DNA from: Candidatus Latescibacterota bacterium
GTDB lineage: Bacteria > Latescibacterota > UBA2968 > GCA-2709665
DNA length: 64,000 nt
Assembly (NCBI GenBank): GCA_963667175.2
Contig: CAXXXF010000017.1
Span: 1-64,000, forward strand
Direction of reading: 5' to 3'
The position numbers and the translations under genes are program-made. Every line of letters starts with the position of its first letter. The first letter of the stretch is position 1. The notes under the pieces are model-generated. The model saw only the letters and a program-made list of their open reading frames with translations, was not told where the DNA came from and made no database searches. Below are positions 18,604 through 28,583 of the stretch, in pieces.

Positions 18604-19716
18604 TCACGCCACCCGGTACTTCTCCACGGTCTCGGCGTTGATCGTCACGCCAAGGCCGGGGCCTTCCGGGACCGTCACGTACCCGTCGACGACGCCGAAC
18701 CGTTCGTGCGTCAGATCATGACGCAGCGGTGATTCCGACATACAGTACTCGAACATCTCACCGCCAGGTACGGCTGCGAGCGCATGAAGCGACGCGGCGA
18801 TCGTAATTCCGCTCTTGAAACTGTGGTTCGCCACCCTGGCATGCCGGCGGTGCGCCATCCTGCCCACCTCCACCATCGTTGAAATGCCGCACCTTCCCGG
18901 ATCGGGCTGCACCCAATCGAGTCCACCGTCGGATACCAGCCGCTCGAAGGCGTCGAGCCGCGCTTCCGCCTCCCCCGCGGCGATCGGCAGGGGGCTATCC
19001 GCCGTCAGGCGGGCGTAACCCCGCACGTCGCCGGGGCGCAGCGGTTCCTCGAGCCAGAACGGGCTGAATTCCGCAAACCGGCGCGCTCGCTTCAGGGCCG
19101 TCTTCCAGTCCCAGGCCTGACCGGCGTCGATCAGCACGTCCACGCCGTCTCCCACGCCGCGCCGCGCCTCCCTCACCAGGGAGACGTCCGTGTCCTCGTC
19201 CCGTCCCACCGGCCCCCAGCCGAATTTGACGGCCGTAAAGCCCTCCCCCGCGAACCTCTTCCCCAGTTCTGCCGTCCGGGCCGGCGTATCGCCGAACAGA
19301 ATCGAACAGTACGCCCGGAACCGTGTGTTGAAAGGCCCTCCGAGCAGCCGGTAGACGGGCGTGTCACGCGCCTTGCCCGCGATATCCCACAATGCGAGAT
19401 TGACGCCCGCCATCGCGTGTACTCCCACGCCTCCGCCGCCGTAGTAGTTCGCCGCGTCCATCATACGGTGCATGCACACGTCCACCGCCAGCGGGTCCTC
19501 ATTGCGAAGGGCGTTGGCCAGTCCGTTGCAGATCCGGTGCGACAGGGGCGCGTCCACAATTGCCTTGACGGCCGTCGGGCAGGAATCCACCTCTCCCCAA
19601 CCCGTGATTCCGGCGTCGGTCTCGACCTTGATCAGACACGTATCCTGCGTTCCGTCGCAGGCATCGGTAACAAATGGCAGCCGCAATACCATAGCGGATA
19701 CGCGGGTAATTCTCAT
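18604..19716 (-). CDS. Mandelate racemase/muconate lactonizing enzyme family (enolase superfamily)
   Basis: GITGWGE, ALWDIAGK..PVYRLLGG, LIDAG, WLEEP, AAGE. Confidence 0.9.
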   Translation of the reverse strand: MRITRVSAMVLRLPFVTDACDGTQDTCLIKVETDAGITGWGEVDSCPTAVKAIVDAPLSHRICNGLANALRNEDPLAVDVCMHRMMDAANYYGGGGVGVHAMAGVNLALWDIAGKARDTPVYRLLGGPFNTRFRAYCSILFGDTPARTAELGKRFAGEGFTAVKFGWGPVGRDEDTDVSLVREARRGVGDGVDVLIDAGQAWDWKTALKRARRFAEFSPFWLEEPLRPGDVRGYARLTADSPLPIAAGEAEARLDAFERLVSDGGLDWVQPDPGRCGISTMVEVGRMAHRRHARVANHSFKSGITIAASLHALAAVPGGEMFEYCMSESPLRHDLTHERFGVVDGYVTVPEGPGLGVTINAETVEKYRVA

Positions 19717-19939
19717 CTCAATCCTCCGATCATCCAGAACCATCTGCGCAGCGGCGTCAGAACCCGGGGCAATCGAACGGGCGCATCGCGCCCGGTTTCG
19801 CATGATACCCACCCGCGCGGGGTCTGTCAATCCTCACGCGCGGGATCGACGGCCGGCATCAGAAACGGGTTGCACAGCCGCGCCGATCACCGTAGATTAT
19901 CCGCGACCCGCACGGCTGCCTTGAACCGGGGATCCCGCT

Positions 19940-20701
19940 ATGCGCGCCGTTGGAAACCTGAGCGAAACCTACGAAACCGATGGTGTGCTGCCCCGTATCG
20001 ACGTTTTCTCCAAAAGCGAGATCGACGCATTCAGGGCTCAGTTCGACGATCTTGAAGCCCGAGAGGGCAGAGACGTCTGCCAGGTCGGCCTCCAGTCCCG
20101 TCACTTCGACGAGGAATTCATCTGGAGGCTGTCCACCGACCCGCGTCTCCTGGACGTCATGGAGCAGGCCATGGGAAAGGATATCCTGCTGCTGGCCACG
20201 CACTTTTTCTGCAAATACCCCGCCGAAGACCAAAAACAATTCGTGGCGTGGCACCAGGATGTCACCTACTGGGGCCTGAAGCCTCCGCTGGCGCACACGG
20301 CCTGGATCGCCATCGACGACAGCGACGCGGAGAGTGGCTGCATGCGCGTCATCCCGGGCTCCCACAAGGACGGGATCGTCACCCACGGCACTTCGAAACG
20401 GTCGGGGAACCTCCTGAGCATCAACCAGGAGATCCCGGACGAGCTCGTCGACACCAGCCACGCGATCGATCTGGAACTCACGGCAGGCCAGATATCGGTC
20501 CATCAAGGCCAGCTTTTCCACGCCAGCATGCCGAATACCTCGAACCGCCGGCGCTGCGGCCTTACCGTCCGGTTTATTCCGCCGGAAGCCAGGCAGGTCG
20601 AAGCCAACTCGATCGGCCAGGACTGGCGGCCCGTCCTGCTCAGGGGCAGAAACCGATTCACGTACCACCCCGAGACGCCCATGCCTTTTCCACTTCCTTA
20701 G
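19940..20701 (+). CDS. PhyH family Fe/2OG dioxygenase
   Basis: WHQDVTYW, GCMRVIPGSH, FHASMPNTSNRRR. Confidence 0.9.
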   Translation: MRAVGNLSETYETDGVLPRIDVFSKSEIDAFRAQFDDLEAREGRDVCQVGLQSRHFDEEFIWRLSTDPRLLDVMEQAMGKDILLLATHFFCKYPAEDQKQFVAWHQDVTYWGLKPPLAHTAWIAIDDSDAESGCMRVIPGSHKDGIVTHGTSKRSGNLLSINQEIPDELVDTSHAIDLELTAGQISVHQGQLFHASMPNTSNRRRCGLTVRFIPPEARQVEANSIGQDWRPVLLRGRNRFTYHPETPMPFPLP

Positions 20702-20865
20702 CAGCCCGCTGATAAAGTCCATCCGGCCTGCGTCCGGCCCTTGCGACCGAATGACTGCGTTGCGCTCCCTCCCCGAATCCAGGGATTCGCGTCGGTCGCG
20801 CGTCTTGTCTTCGGCCACAATGACTCGGCCTCGCCTGCAGAGCGACTTTTTCAACGGACCGTTAG
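20699..20865. mobile_element. MITE/REP-like element, copy 1
   Basis: TAG-CAGCCCGCTGATAAAGT...ACTTTTTCAACGGACCG-TTAG; near-identical to 31744-31929 and 42424-42584. Confidence 0.8.
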
Positions 20866-20876
20866 AAAGCGTCCAG

Positions 20877-21746
20877 ATGGCAAAACGAAGAGTTGTCGTC
20901 ACCGGCGCGGCCGGATACGTCGCGGGTCGGAGCCTGCCCGCCCTCAGGGAACGCTATCGCCTCTGCCTTTTCGACGTCCGCAAAACGGACGGAAACGGCA
21001 ATGAGGTGGCGGGTATCGTTCAGGCCGACCTCCTCAACCGCAACCGGGATGATTATGGAGAGCATTTCAGGGACACGGACGCGGTGATTCATTGCGGCTT
21101 TACGCGTGCGACGGATCCAATGGATCAATACTGGGCGGAAGCCGACAACGTCACCATGGCCCATAACGTGTACCAGACCTGCCTGGAAGAGAACGTCCGC
21201 CGCGTGGTCGTCATCAGTTCCAACCATGCGGCCGACTTCTACGAGACCCTCATCTGGTCCGGCCGCATGGAATTCGTCACGCCGGACATGCTTCCGCTTT
21301 CCGACAACTTCTACGGGTGGGCAAAAGCCACGTACGAACTGCTGGGCTTCGCCTTTGCCGCGGGAAAGATCGGAAACGGACGGAAACTTCAGAATGTGCA
21401 GCTTCGCATCGGCGGGCCCCGCGAGAACGTGGCGGACAGACTCAGTCCGGAAAACCCGAAGGGCATGCACCGCAGCCTCGGGGCCTACCTGAGCGCGCGG
21501 GACCAGACCCAGCTTCTGATCAAGAGCATCGAGACGGAGAACATCGAAGACGAGAACGGCATCCCGTTTCAGATCTTCTACGGCATCAGTGGAAACAGCC
21601 ACAACTTCTGGAGTATCGCCAACGCCCGGAAGGTCATCGGCTACGAACCCGAAGACAACAGCCAGATCCGGTTCGCGGACAAAATCGCACCCGTTATCGC
21701 CGCCGCGAACCGGAGGGCCAACCAGGATGGAGAATCCGGTCGTTGA
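20877..21746 (+). CDS. NAD-dependent epimerase/dehydratase (uronate dehydrogenase-like SDR)
   Basis: VVVTGAAGYVA, SSNHA, YGWAK, YGISGN. The ORF-track extension upstream is MITE sequence. Confidence 0.85.
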   Translation: MAKRRVVVTGAAGYVAGRSLPALRERYRLCLFDVRKTDGNGNEVAGIVQADLLNRNRDDYGEHFRDTDAVIHCGFTRATDPMDQYWAEADNVTMAHNVYQTCLEENVRRVVVISSNHAADFYETLIWSGRMEFVTPDMLPLSDNFYGWAKATYELLGFAFAAGKIGNGRKLQNVQLRIGGPRENVADRLSPENPKGMHRSLGAYLSARDQTQLLIKSIETENIEDENGIPFQIFYGISGNSHNFWSIANARKVIGYEPEDNSQIRFADKIAPVIAAANRRANQDGESGR

Positions 21747-21777
21747 ACCGTCCGGTCAAGAATTGAGGCCAGTCCCG

Positions 21778-22902
21778 ATGAAGATCACGCGCCTTGAGAC
21801 CATCCCCGTCGCACAGCGATTCCTCGTGCTGAAAATGCACACCGACGAGGGCGTCGTCGGCTACGGTGAACCGCTGGACTATACGCACTGGCGAATCGTC
21901 GCGCGCGCGATGGACGACCTGTCCGAATACCTCATAGGGAAAGACCCCCTCCAGATCGAAGACCACTGGCAGACCTTTTTCCGCTCCACGTACAGCCGCA
22001 GCATGCCCATCATCCTGGGCGCGCTCAGCGGCGCGGACGTCGCCATGTGGGACATCATGGGCAAAGTCCTTGACGTACCCGTCTGGCGGCTCCTGGGCGG
22101 GTCGGTCCGGGACCGGGTGCGCGTCTACGCACACGCAGGCGGCAATACGCCGGAAGCCTGCGCGGAACATGCCCGTGCGCGGGTCGCGGACGGGTTTACC
22201 GCCATAAAGATGGGCGGCGCCGTCCGGCCCGTTCGCTTTGTGGATACGGTGCGAGCGGTCGACGAAATGGTCGCCCGCGTCGCTGCCGTCCGCGAGGCCG
22301 TGGGCGACGACGTCGACGTCGCGGTCGATCTGCACCGCCGCCTCAGCCCGCAGATGGCCGTAATCACCGTCAAAGCGCTCGAACCCTACCATCTTCTGTT
22401 TGCGGAGGAGCCCTGCCACCCCGAAAACAACGACGCCCTGCTGACCCTCTCCCGCTCGACCTCCACACCCATCGCAACCGGCGAACGACACCTTACGCGC
22501 TGGAGTTTCTGGGAACTCGTGGAAAAGCAGGCCTGCGCCGTTCTGCAACCGGACGTCCGGCACGTGGGAGGCATCTCGGAGATGAAGAAAATCGCCACCC
22601 TGGCCGAAATCCGGGACATTGCCCTGGCGCCGCACAATGCCGCCGGTCCCATCGGCGTGGTCGCGTCCATCCATACCATGGCCACGGTCCCGAATTTCCT
22701 GATCTGCGAGGGCGGTACCGCTCGTGGCGACGGGCTTCTGCTGCCGCCGCTCTCCTTCAGGGACGGCTTTGTCGAACTGCCCGCGGGGCCCGGCCTCGGA
22801 TTCGAAATTGACGACGAGGCCCTCGAGGCCATGCGGGACGAGCGCTTTCGCTTCCGCGGCATGTGGCGCTCGGAAGAAGACGGGTCATTCGCGGACTATT
22901 GA
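21778..22902 (+). CDS. Galactonate dehydratase-like enolase superfamily protein
   Basis: MKITRLET, GVVGYGE, WDIMGK..PVWRLLGG, DLHRR, EEP, ATGER, APHN. Confidence 0.88.
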   Translation: MKITRLETIPVAQRFLVLKMHTDEGVVGYGEPLDYTHWRIVARAMDDLSEYLIGKDPLQIEDHWQTFFRSTYSRSMPIILGALSGADVAMWDIMGKVLDVPVWRLLGGSVRDRVRVYAHAGGNTPEACAEHARARVADGFTAIKMGGAVRPVRFVDTVRAVDEMVARVAAVREAVGDDVDVAVDLHRRLSPQMAVITVKALEPYHLLFAEEPCHPENNDALLTLSRSTSTPIATGERHLTRWSFWELVEKQACAVLQPDVRHVGGISEMKKIATLAEIRDIALAPHNAAGPIGVVASIHTMATVPNFLICEGGTARGDGLLLPPLSFRDGFVELPAGPGLGFEIDDEALEAMRDERFRFRGMWRSEEDGSFADY

Positions 22903-22929
22903 CGCTTCGATTTCCGGGATACATCCTCC

Positions 22930-24162
22930 ATGAATCTTTTGCGATACCGCTGGCGAGCCGCACTGGTCCCCGCCGTCCTGTTGTCGGCGCCGCCGGACGT
23001 ACCGGGCAGCGCGATTGACCCGGCCGCCGCAACCCGCCGCAACCCGCTCGCCGTTCGCCAGGAGTTCAACGCGGTCTCGGCGCGAATCGACAGCCTCGTT
23101 CGCGTCATGGAGGCCGCGGATCCCGATGCCACCGACATCAAACGATTGCCCGGCGCCGACGACGTCATTCGTCTTCCAAAAGGGGCATCCGTCGTGTGTA
23201 TCTTCTGGGCCGACGACGAAGCCCGCGTCTGGATCAACGATTTCCTCGTCGGCGAGACCCGTCTCACACCGGTGGAGATCGAAATCCCGCACGTCTATCT
23301 GAAGGGCACAAATCGCATCCGCGCCCGATGCTGGGACACCGACCAGGTAGAGAGCGGGTTCCTCTTCGGTCTCTACGTGAAGGATTCAAGGGGTGCGCTG
23401 CACCCGATTCTGGTTTCCGATGAGAGCTGGCAGACCGAGAACGGTCCGGCCCTCGAAGTCACGTACGCGCATCCGGTACCCGACGTCCCCTCGGCACGGG
23501 TTATCTGGCATACCCGGATCTTCGGCCGGGCGGAATTCGCGAAACAATTCAGCCGGCGGGAAATCCGGCGGGCTCTTTCGGAATCGGCGCGTGGGCGCGC
23601 GCCGAAGACGCATCGGAAGCGAATGGACTACCACGGATTTCTACAGAGCCTGCTGTCCCTGCAGGAAACGCGCGCCGGACTCAAGCGCCAGCTTCTGGCG
23701 TCCGCCGACCCGGAATTTCAGTCTGTTTACACCGGACATCGGAACCCGGAAGTCAGTTTTACGCTGGGCAAGGCCGGGCCGCTCAAGGAAAAGACGTCTC
23801 TCACCTTCGCGAAGGAAGTCGAACAATGGGCGGACAAGCTGGCGGAGACGGAAAAGCGCCTCGTGTACCCCCGAAAACGCGCCCTGAAGGGTGAAGACGC
23901 CGCGATTGCGGCGGCCGGGCGGGCGGGGCGAGCAACGGAAACGGGCGATCGTCAGGACGCCTATCGCCCGCCCGAGGAAAGGTCTCCAGGCGATCAATCG
24001 GTTGCCGGAAGGAAGGGCAGGGACGGCAGCTCCGCCACGGCAGCGGCCGGCGGCAGCGGGGGCGGGCGCGGGTCGCGGGCGGGGTTGATATTTCCTACGA
24101 TCATCATGGCCGCATATATCTGGCACGTCGTTTCGAAAGGTGCGGACGCATACCGCGTTTAA
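22930..24162 (+). CDS. Hypothetical exported protein with a beta-sandwich (lectin-like) domain and a C-terminal TM anchor
   Basis: Signal-like N-terminus; ADDEARVWIN..GTNRI..LVSDESW pattern; Gly-rich linker followed by a hydrophobic tail. Confidence 0.55.
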   Translation: MNLLRYRWRAALVPAVLLSAPPDVPGSAIDPAAATRRNPLAVRQEFNAVSARIDSLVRVMEAADPDATDIKRLPGADDVIRLPKGASVVCIFWADDEARVWINDFLVGETRLTPVEIEIPHVYLKGTNRIRARCWDTDQVESGFLFGLYVKDSRGALHPILVSDESWQTENGPALEVTYAHPVPDVPSARVIWHTRIFGRAEFAKQFSRREIRRALSESARGRAPKTHRKRMDYHGFLQSLLSLQETRAGLKRQLLASADPEFQSVYTGHRNPEVSFTLGKAGPLKEKTSLTFAKEVEQWADKLAETEKRLVYPRKRALKGEDAAIAAAGRAGRATETGDRQDAYRPPEERSPGDQSVAGRKGRDGSSATAAAGGSGGGRGSRAGLIFPTIIMAAYIWHVVSKGADAYRV

Positions 24163-24186
24163 TCACTTCCGGGGAGAGTACGGGTC

Positions 24187-24984
24187 GTGGAAAGCTTCGC
24201 GTGGTTTGAGATCCTGATTACGGTCGTCTTCGTCTCCGTGTGCGCCATGGCCGGCGCGCTCACGCTGATCCAGGAGATGGTTTCAATCTGCCGCGAAGAA
24301 TCGCGCTACGGACTTCCGGCGAACAACGCAAGGCTGACGAGCGGCGTGCTGGGGGGCCTTGCGGGGTTCGGCATCGCCGCGCTGGGCATTTACTACTACA
24401 TGTTCGTCGCCCTGCCGGAAAGCTGGATCGAGTGGGTGGGCCGCTCTGCATACGCGCTCATTCTTGCCGCCTCGACGGCGCACCTCTCCGTCATTGTTCA
24501 TATCTGGGTGCGGATTCGCGTTGAAGAGGAGGCCCTGCGTTCCACGGCTTCCGACCCGCGGCCGCCCACGCTGCTTTCGCGACGACGGGCCGGCCTGAAA
24601 GACCTCAGGGAAGAAGCGGACGCATACACGGACCTGAAAGCCCGGGACGACGAACTGGTAAGCGAGCTGATCGGCGTCATCGGCGAGCGGTTGCTTCTCG
24701 GTCACCGCGCGCTGAGCCGCATCCCCTTTTATGGATATCTCGGTACGGTTTGCGGAATCCTGCTCATGGCGCAGGAACTCAGTCGCCTCGACGAAGCCAC
24801 CGAGACGTTCAAAGTGCTCCGCGATATGGCCGACGGGCTGACCCTGGCCTTCAAGACCACGCTGATTGCCCTGCTGGCCTATCTGCCGTTGAGAAAATGC
24901 ATCGACATTCTGCTGGGGCGGATCGGCGCCATCGAACGGGCCTGGCTGGCGCTGCGGGACGACTGGGAGGACGAAGTCCGGTGA
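24187..24984 (+). CDS. MotA/TolQ/ExbB proton-channel family protein
   Basis: IPFYGYLGTVCGI and GLTLAFKTTLIAL motifs. Confidence 0.8.
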   Translation: MESFAWFEILITVVFVSVCAMAGALTLIQEMVSICREESRYGLPANNARLTSGVLGGLAGFGIAALGIYYYMFVALPESWIEWVGRSAYALILAASTAHLSVIVHIWVRIRVEEEALRSTASDPRPPTLLSRRRAGLKDLREEADAYTDLKARDDELVSELIGVIGERLLLGHRALSRIPFYGYLGTVCGILLMAQELSRLDEATETFKVLRDMADGLTLAFKTTLIALLAYLPLRKCIDILLGRIGAIERAWLALRDDWEDEVR

Positions 24985-25403
24985 GAGGCCGATTCCTACA
25001 ACGCGCCGCGACGCAGGCGGAAGAACACGACGTCAGCAAGGAACTGTTCCTCGGAATCATGATGCTCATGCTCACGCTGGGCATTATGATCCTGAACGTT
25101 GCACAGCCGGTCTGGCGGGTCCACCACCACGACCCCAGGTCCGAAGACCTGGTGCTCATCTACACGGCAAAGGGCGCCGGTCTCTCCAGCGACGGAAAAT
25201 CCGTCGAACGGCTGCTCGGGCCCGGGGAGTTCGAGCGCCTCACCGCCGGGCTCATCGCCCAGCCCGAAAGAAATCTCCACCTCTTCCTGCGCGGCGGCAG
25301 CCGGGACTTCATGGTCAGACATGCGGCCTACGCCGACTCGCTGCTCTCCACGGCCCCCACAGGCGAAAAGGTCCGGCCCGCGGTGTTCGTCCATATGTGG
25401 TAG
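24981..25403 (+). CDS. ExbD/TolR-like single-TM partner (hypothetical)
   Basis: GTG overlaps the upstream stop; one TM (KELFLGIMMLMLTLGIMIL) with a nearby acidic residue, then a small soluble domain. Confidence 0.5.
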   Translation: MRGRFLQRAATQAEEHDVSKELFLGIMMLMLTLGIMILNVAQPVWRVHHHDPRSEDLVLIYTAKGAGLSSDGKSVERLLGPGEFERLTAGLIAQPERNLHLFLRGGSRDFMVRHAAYADSLLSTAPTGEKVRPAVFVHMW

Positions 25404-25468
25404 CGTACCGCCGCTCGCTCCAGTGCCTATGCGCCGGGTACTCGCCCGTTCCGGCCCTGCCCGCCACG

Positions 25469-25503
25469 AAAAAAACCGGCCGTCGCACTCGACGGCCGGT
25501 TTT
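25469..25503. terminator. Bidirectional intrinsic terminator
   Basis: A7-CCGGCCGTCG-cact-CGACGGCCGG-TTTT between convergent genes. Confidence 0.8.
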
Positions 25504-25524
25504 CGCGTGCCTGGAATCCGCGGC

Positions 25525-26418
25525 CTATTTATTCTTGATCACAGCCAGCACGCGCTGACCCATCAACGTTGAGTCCCAGAACGTGACCATCGTCCGCCCT
25601 TCGGGCCCCTTGCTGGCCCGGTATTCCTTTCGTTTGCTCAGCTTGCCGTGCCGGTCGCAAAGCGCCGCCAGTTCGCCCGGAACAGCGATTGTCGCCCCGA
25701 CGGACACCCTCCTGACGGTATCCAGGCTCTGTTCGTCGGTCACGTCCGGAAAGCCGACGAGTCTGTAATTCTTCCGGATGCTAAACCCCCGCGACGTCTT
25801 CAGATACCCTGCCTTCTTCAGTTCGTCTTCCGTACCGACGTACACCAGCACGGACGTGGCGGTTTCCCGCATGGTCCGCGCCTGTTCGACGGCCTCCTTG
25901 AGGCTGGACTCCAACCTGATCAGGCGGGTTGTCTTGTCGTGCAGTAATTTGTTCAGCGTGTCGACCTCTATCTTCAACTCCCGCACCGCTGCCGTTGCCG
26001 CGTCTTTCTCCCCCCTCATCTGTTTGAGCTCGGCTACCAGCTTTTCGTTCATCTCCTTCTGTCTGCGGTAAAGCGCCTGGTACTCCTTCATTTCGCTTGT
26101 AACCCTGTGAAGCGACGTCAGGAGTTTCCTGTTGGACACCTTTGCGCTGTCCACGTGGGCGCGCATCGCGTCGATACGCGAATCCATTTCATCCACGAGT
26201 GCGTTCAACGAATCGATCTGGCCGGTATACAGAGCGATATCGCTCTCCAGTTGGACAACCTGCGGGTCAACTTCCGGTACCGTATCTGGTTTCCAGACCG
26301 TCAACAAAAGAACAACCAGCAACGCCGCCAGAAAGCCGACGGCGATCACGATGCGCTTCCTGTCGCCGGATGGATCGGGTCCCTTGTTCACGTCAGCCTC
26401 CGAATCGGGCGGGTTCAC
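25525..26418 (-). CDS. Membrane-anchored coiled-coil hypothetical protein
   Basis: One TM, a long heptad region and a C-terminal YVGTEDELKKAG domain. Confidence 0.7.
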   Translation of the reverse strand: MNPPDSEADVNKGPDPSGDRKRIVIAVGFLAALLVVLLLTVWKPDTVPEVDPQVVQLESDIALYTGQIDSLNALVDEMDSRIDAMRAHVDSAKVSNRKLLTSLHRVTSEMKEYQALYRRQKEMNEKLVAELKQMRGEKDAATAAVRELKIEVDTLNKLLHDKTTRLIRLESSLKEAVEQARTMRETATSVLVYVGTEDELKKAGYLKTSRGFSIRKNYRLVGFPDVTDEQSLDTVRRVSVGATIAVPGELAALCDRHGKLSKRKEYRASKGPEGRTMVTFWDSTLMGQRVLAVIKNK

Positions 26419-26471
26419 GCCGGGTGAACCGCGGTGGTGGGTGTCGAAATCAGCAGCCCGCCCATAACGGC

Positions 26472-27257
26472 CTACGGAATCCGCGGGCGTTTCATCACCT
26501 TTCCGTAGATGGAGTCTACGGCAGCCTGCAGGGTGTCGGCCGCCTTGACCTGCCTGATCATGGTTTCAATGAGGTCATTCTGTGCCGCGGACGCGTTCCT
26601 CAGCGCTTCCCGGACCCTATGGTCGGCGCGCTGCAGGGATTTGCGCGCGACGGACAGTTCGATTTCCTGCCGGTCCGCGCGCGCCTCGGCGGCGGCCAGG
26701 CTTTCGCGCGCACGGGCGAGCTCCCCGAGTGTTGCCTTGTGTCGCGCCGCCTCCCCCGACAGGCGCGTCTCCGAATTCCGCCTCAGCGCGCGTTCGGTAT
26801 TCAGGCTGTCCGAGTAGGCGTTGCGGGCGTTCGCTTCTGCTGTCAACGCCGCCTCCGTGCGCCGCAGCCGGGCTCGGGCATCCCGCAGGTCCGCATTTGT
26901 GCGCGCGTGACGCGACCGCTCCTCCTGCAGGTCCGCGCGCACTTCCCATTCCGACCTGGTCAGATCCACCTTTTCCATGGTCCGGTCCAGGAGTTTCGCG
27001 CCCTGCTCGTCCAGCTTCTCACGGAACGTCTCCACCGTCCTGTCCAGTCGTTCACGGGTGTCCTTCATCGCCACGTCCTGCTGCTGGAGCGTCGTCTGGA
27101 TCACGAGGAAGACCGTCAGCCCCGATACGATGCTCACGTACCCGCCAAAACCCAGCAGGTGCTTTTGCGAAAGCGGTCTCACCCAGCGGATAAGCGCAAA
27201 AACCCCGCCCCATATTAAAACCAGGGCGCCCAGAACCGCAGAAATAACGACCGGCAC
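26472..27257 (-). CDS. Two-TM coiled-coil hypothetical protein
   Basis: Two N-terminal TMs followed by an Ala/Arg/Glu-rich coiled coil. Confidence 0.65.
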   Translation of the reverse strand: MPVVISAVLGALVLIWGGVFALIRWVRPLSQKHLLGFGGYVSIVSGLTVFLVIQTTLQQQDVAMKDTRERLDRTVETFREKLDEQGAKLLDRTMEKVDLTRSEWEVRADLQEERSRHARTNADLRDARARLRRTEAALTAEANARNAYSDSLNTERALRRNSETRLSGEAARHKATLGELARARESLAAAEARADRQEIELSVARKSLQRADHRVREALRNASAAQNDLIETMIRQVKAADTLQAAVDSIYGKVMKRPRIP

Positions 27258-27493
27258 AGGCAGACGGCCTCGAGAAAACGTGGAAAACGGTACGAACGGG
27301 ATACGAACGTAAATTGAAGCATTTCCCTTAATTCGTCAAGCGCAAACGACCGAAATTGTGCGGCGGGACATGAATCAGGCGGGGCTTCCGGCGCGACGAT
27401 CCGATAAAAAGGACGGGAAGCGGCGTTGCCGCGACCGGTTCACATGGACGTCGACTCCGCGTTCAGCGCACCGGGATAACGCACCCGTCCCCG

Positions 27494-28351
27494 CTACAGA
27501 TACGCCTTGAGGCGCGTCCGAACCGACTGCTGCCGCAGCCTTCCGAACGCATCCTCCTTCAACTGCCTCACCCGTTCCCGGCTGATGCCCATCCGGCGGC
27601 CGATCTCCTGGTACGTCGCCGGATCCTCTCCCCGCATTCCGAAATACAGTGTCAGGATCCTCCGGTGCCTCTCAGAGAGGCCGTCAAGCGTTTCCCTTAC
27701 GTCACGGTTCCTCCGCTGCTCATGGAAGACCTCGTCCGCCGGTACGGCGCGCGGGTCCGGTAGCGTCTCGGATAGGCTCGAGCCGTCGTCGGTACCTCTC
27801 GAGTCCAGCGATATGGCATTTGCGCCCGCATCCAGACAGCGGTTCAGCCTTTTGGCCGACAGACCGGACCGCGCGGCGACCTCCTCCCGGGCGGGAACCC
27901 GTTCCAGGCGCTGCTCGAGACGCGCTTCGGTCTTGCTGAAGCGGCCGAGATCGTTCAGCACGCTGGCAGGCACGCGCACAGTACGGGTCTGGACGTCCAG
28001 GGCCTTGAGAATATGCTGTCGTATCCACCAGACGGCATAGGTGATGAACCTGCAATCCTTGCGGCGATCGAACTTCCGCGCGGCCCGCAACAGCCCGCAA
28101 TTGCCCTCGTTGATGAGATCGCCCATCGACAGACCCTGATTCCTGTACCCCCTGGCGATATGAATGACAAAGCGAAGGTTTGCATTGACAAGCGCCTCGA
28201 GCGCCGTCTCATCTCCGGCCTCGATCCTCGCCGCAAGTTCCCTTTCCTCGGCCGAATCGATACGCGGGCGGCGATCCACCTCCCTGTAGTAAACTTCCAG
28301 CGATCTTTCATCAGACGTGAAACGAACTCCGGGTGTTCGAGCAGCAGACAT
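27494..28351 (-). CDS. RNA polymerase sigma-70 factor, RpoD/SigA-like group lacking region 1.1
   Basis: LVNANLRFV, DLINEGN, RFITYAVWWIRQ, ISRERVRQ. Confidence 0.92.
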   Translation of the reverse strand: MSAARTPGVRFTSDERSLEVYYREVDRRPRIDSAEERELAARIEAGDETALEALVNANLRFVIHIARGYRNQGLSMGDLINEGNCGLLRAARKFDRRKDCRFITYAVWWIRQHILKALDVQTRTVRVPASVLNDLGRFSKTEARLEQRLERVPAREEVAARSGLSAKRLNRCLDAGANAISLDSRGTDDGSSLSETLPDPRAVPADEVFHEQRRNRDVRETLDGLSERHRRILTLYFGMRGEDPATYQEIGRRMGISRERVRQLKEDAFGRLRQQSVRTRLKAYL

Positions 28352-28583
28352 GAACCGACCTCCGTGAACTGAAGGTACCCGACCTGTTGTAAACCGACAA
28401 TGTGACGTGGAGAGCGTATTGTCCTTCAGCGCAGGAAAATATACTGAACATTCGTTCAGTAATCAAGAAGAAAATCCTTGTCTTCCCGATTTTTCTTTCA
28501 TACTTTACGCGCGCCCGGGCGACGGAGGCGTCATTTATTCTTCGTCGTGCGCTTTCGAGGTGTCGTTTCGAGGAGAGTTGGTC

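Noticed and set aside
20741-20876. Recurring peptide LPESRDSRR..SATMTRPRLQSDFFNG in ORFs at 20751, 31788 and 42212
   Set aside because: This is translation of the MITE repeat, not a protein family.
24187-25403. Zorya ZorAB or flagellar MotAB assignment
   Set aside because: There is no long ZorA tail, no OmpA peptidoglycan-binding domain in the partner, and no zorC/D/E or flagellar genes nearby.
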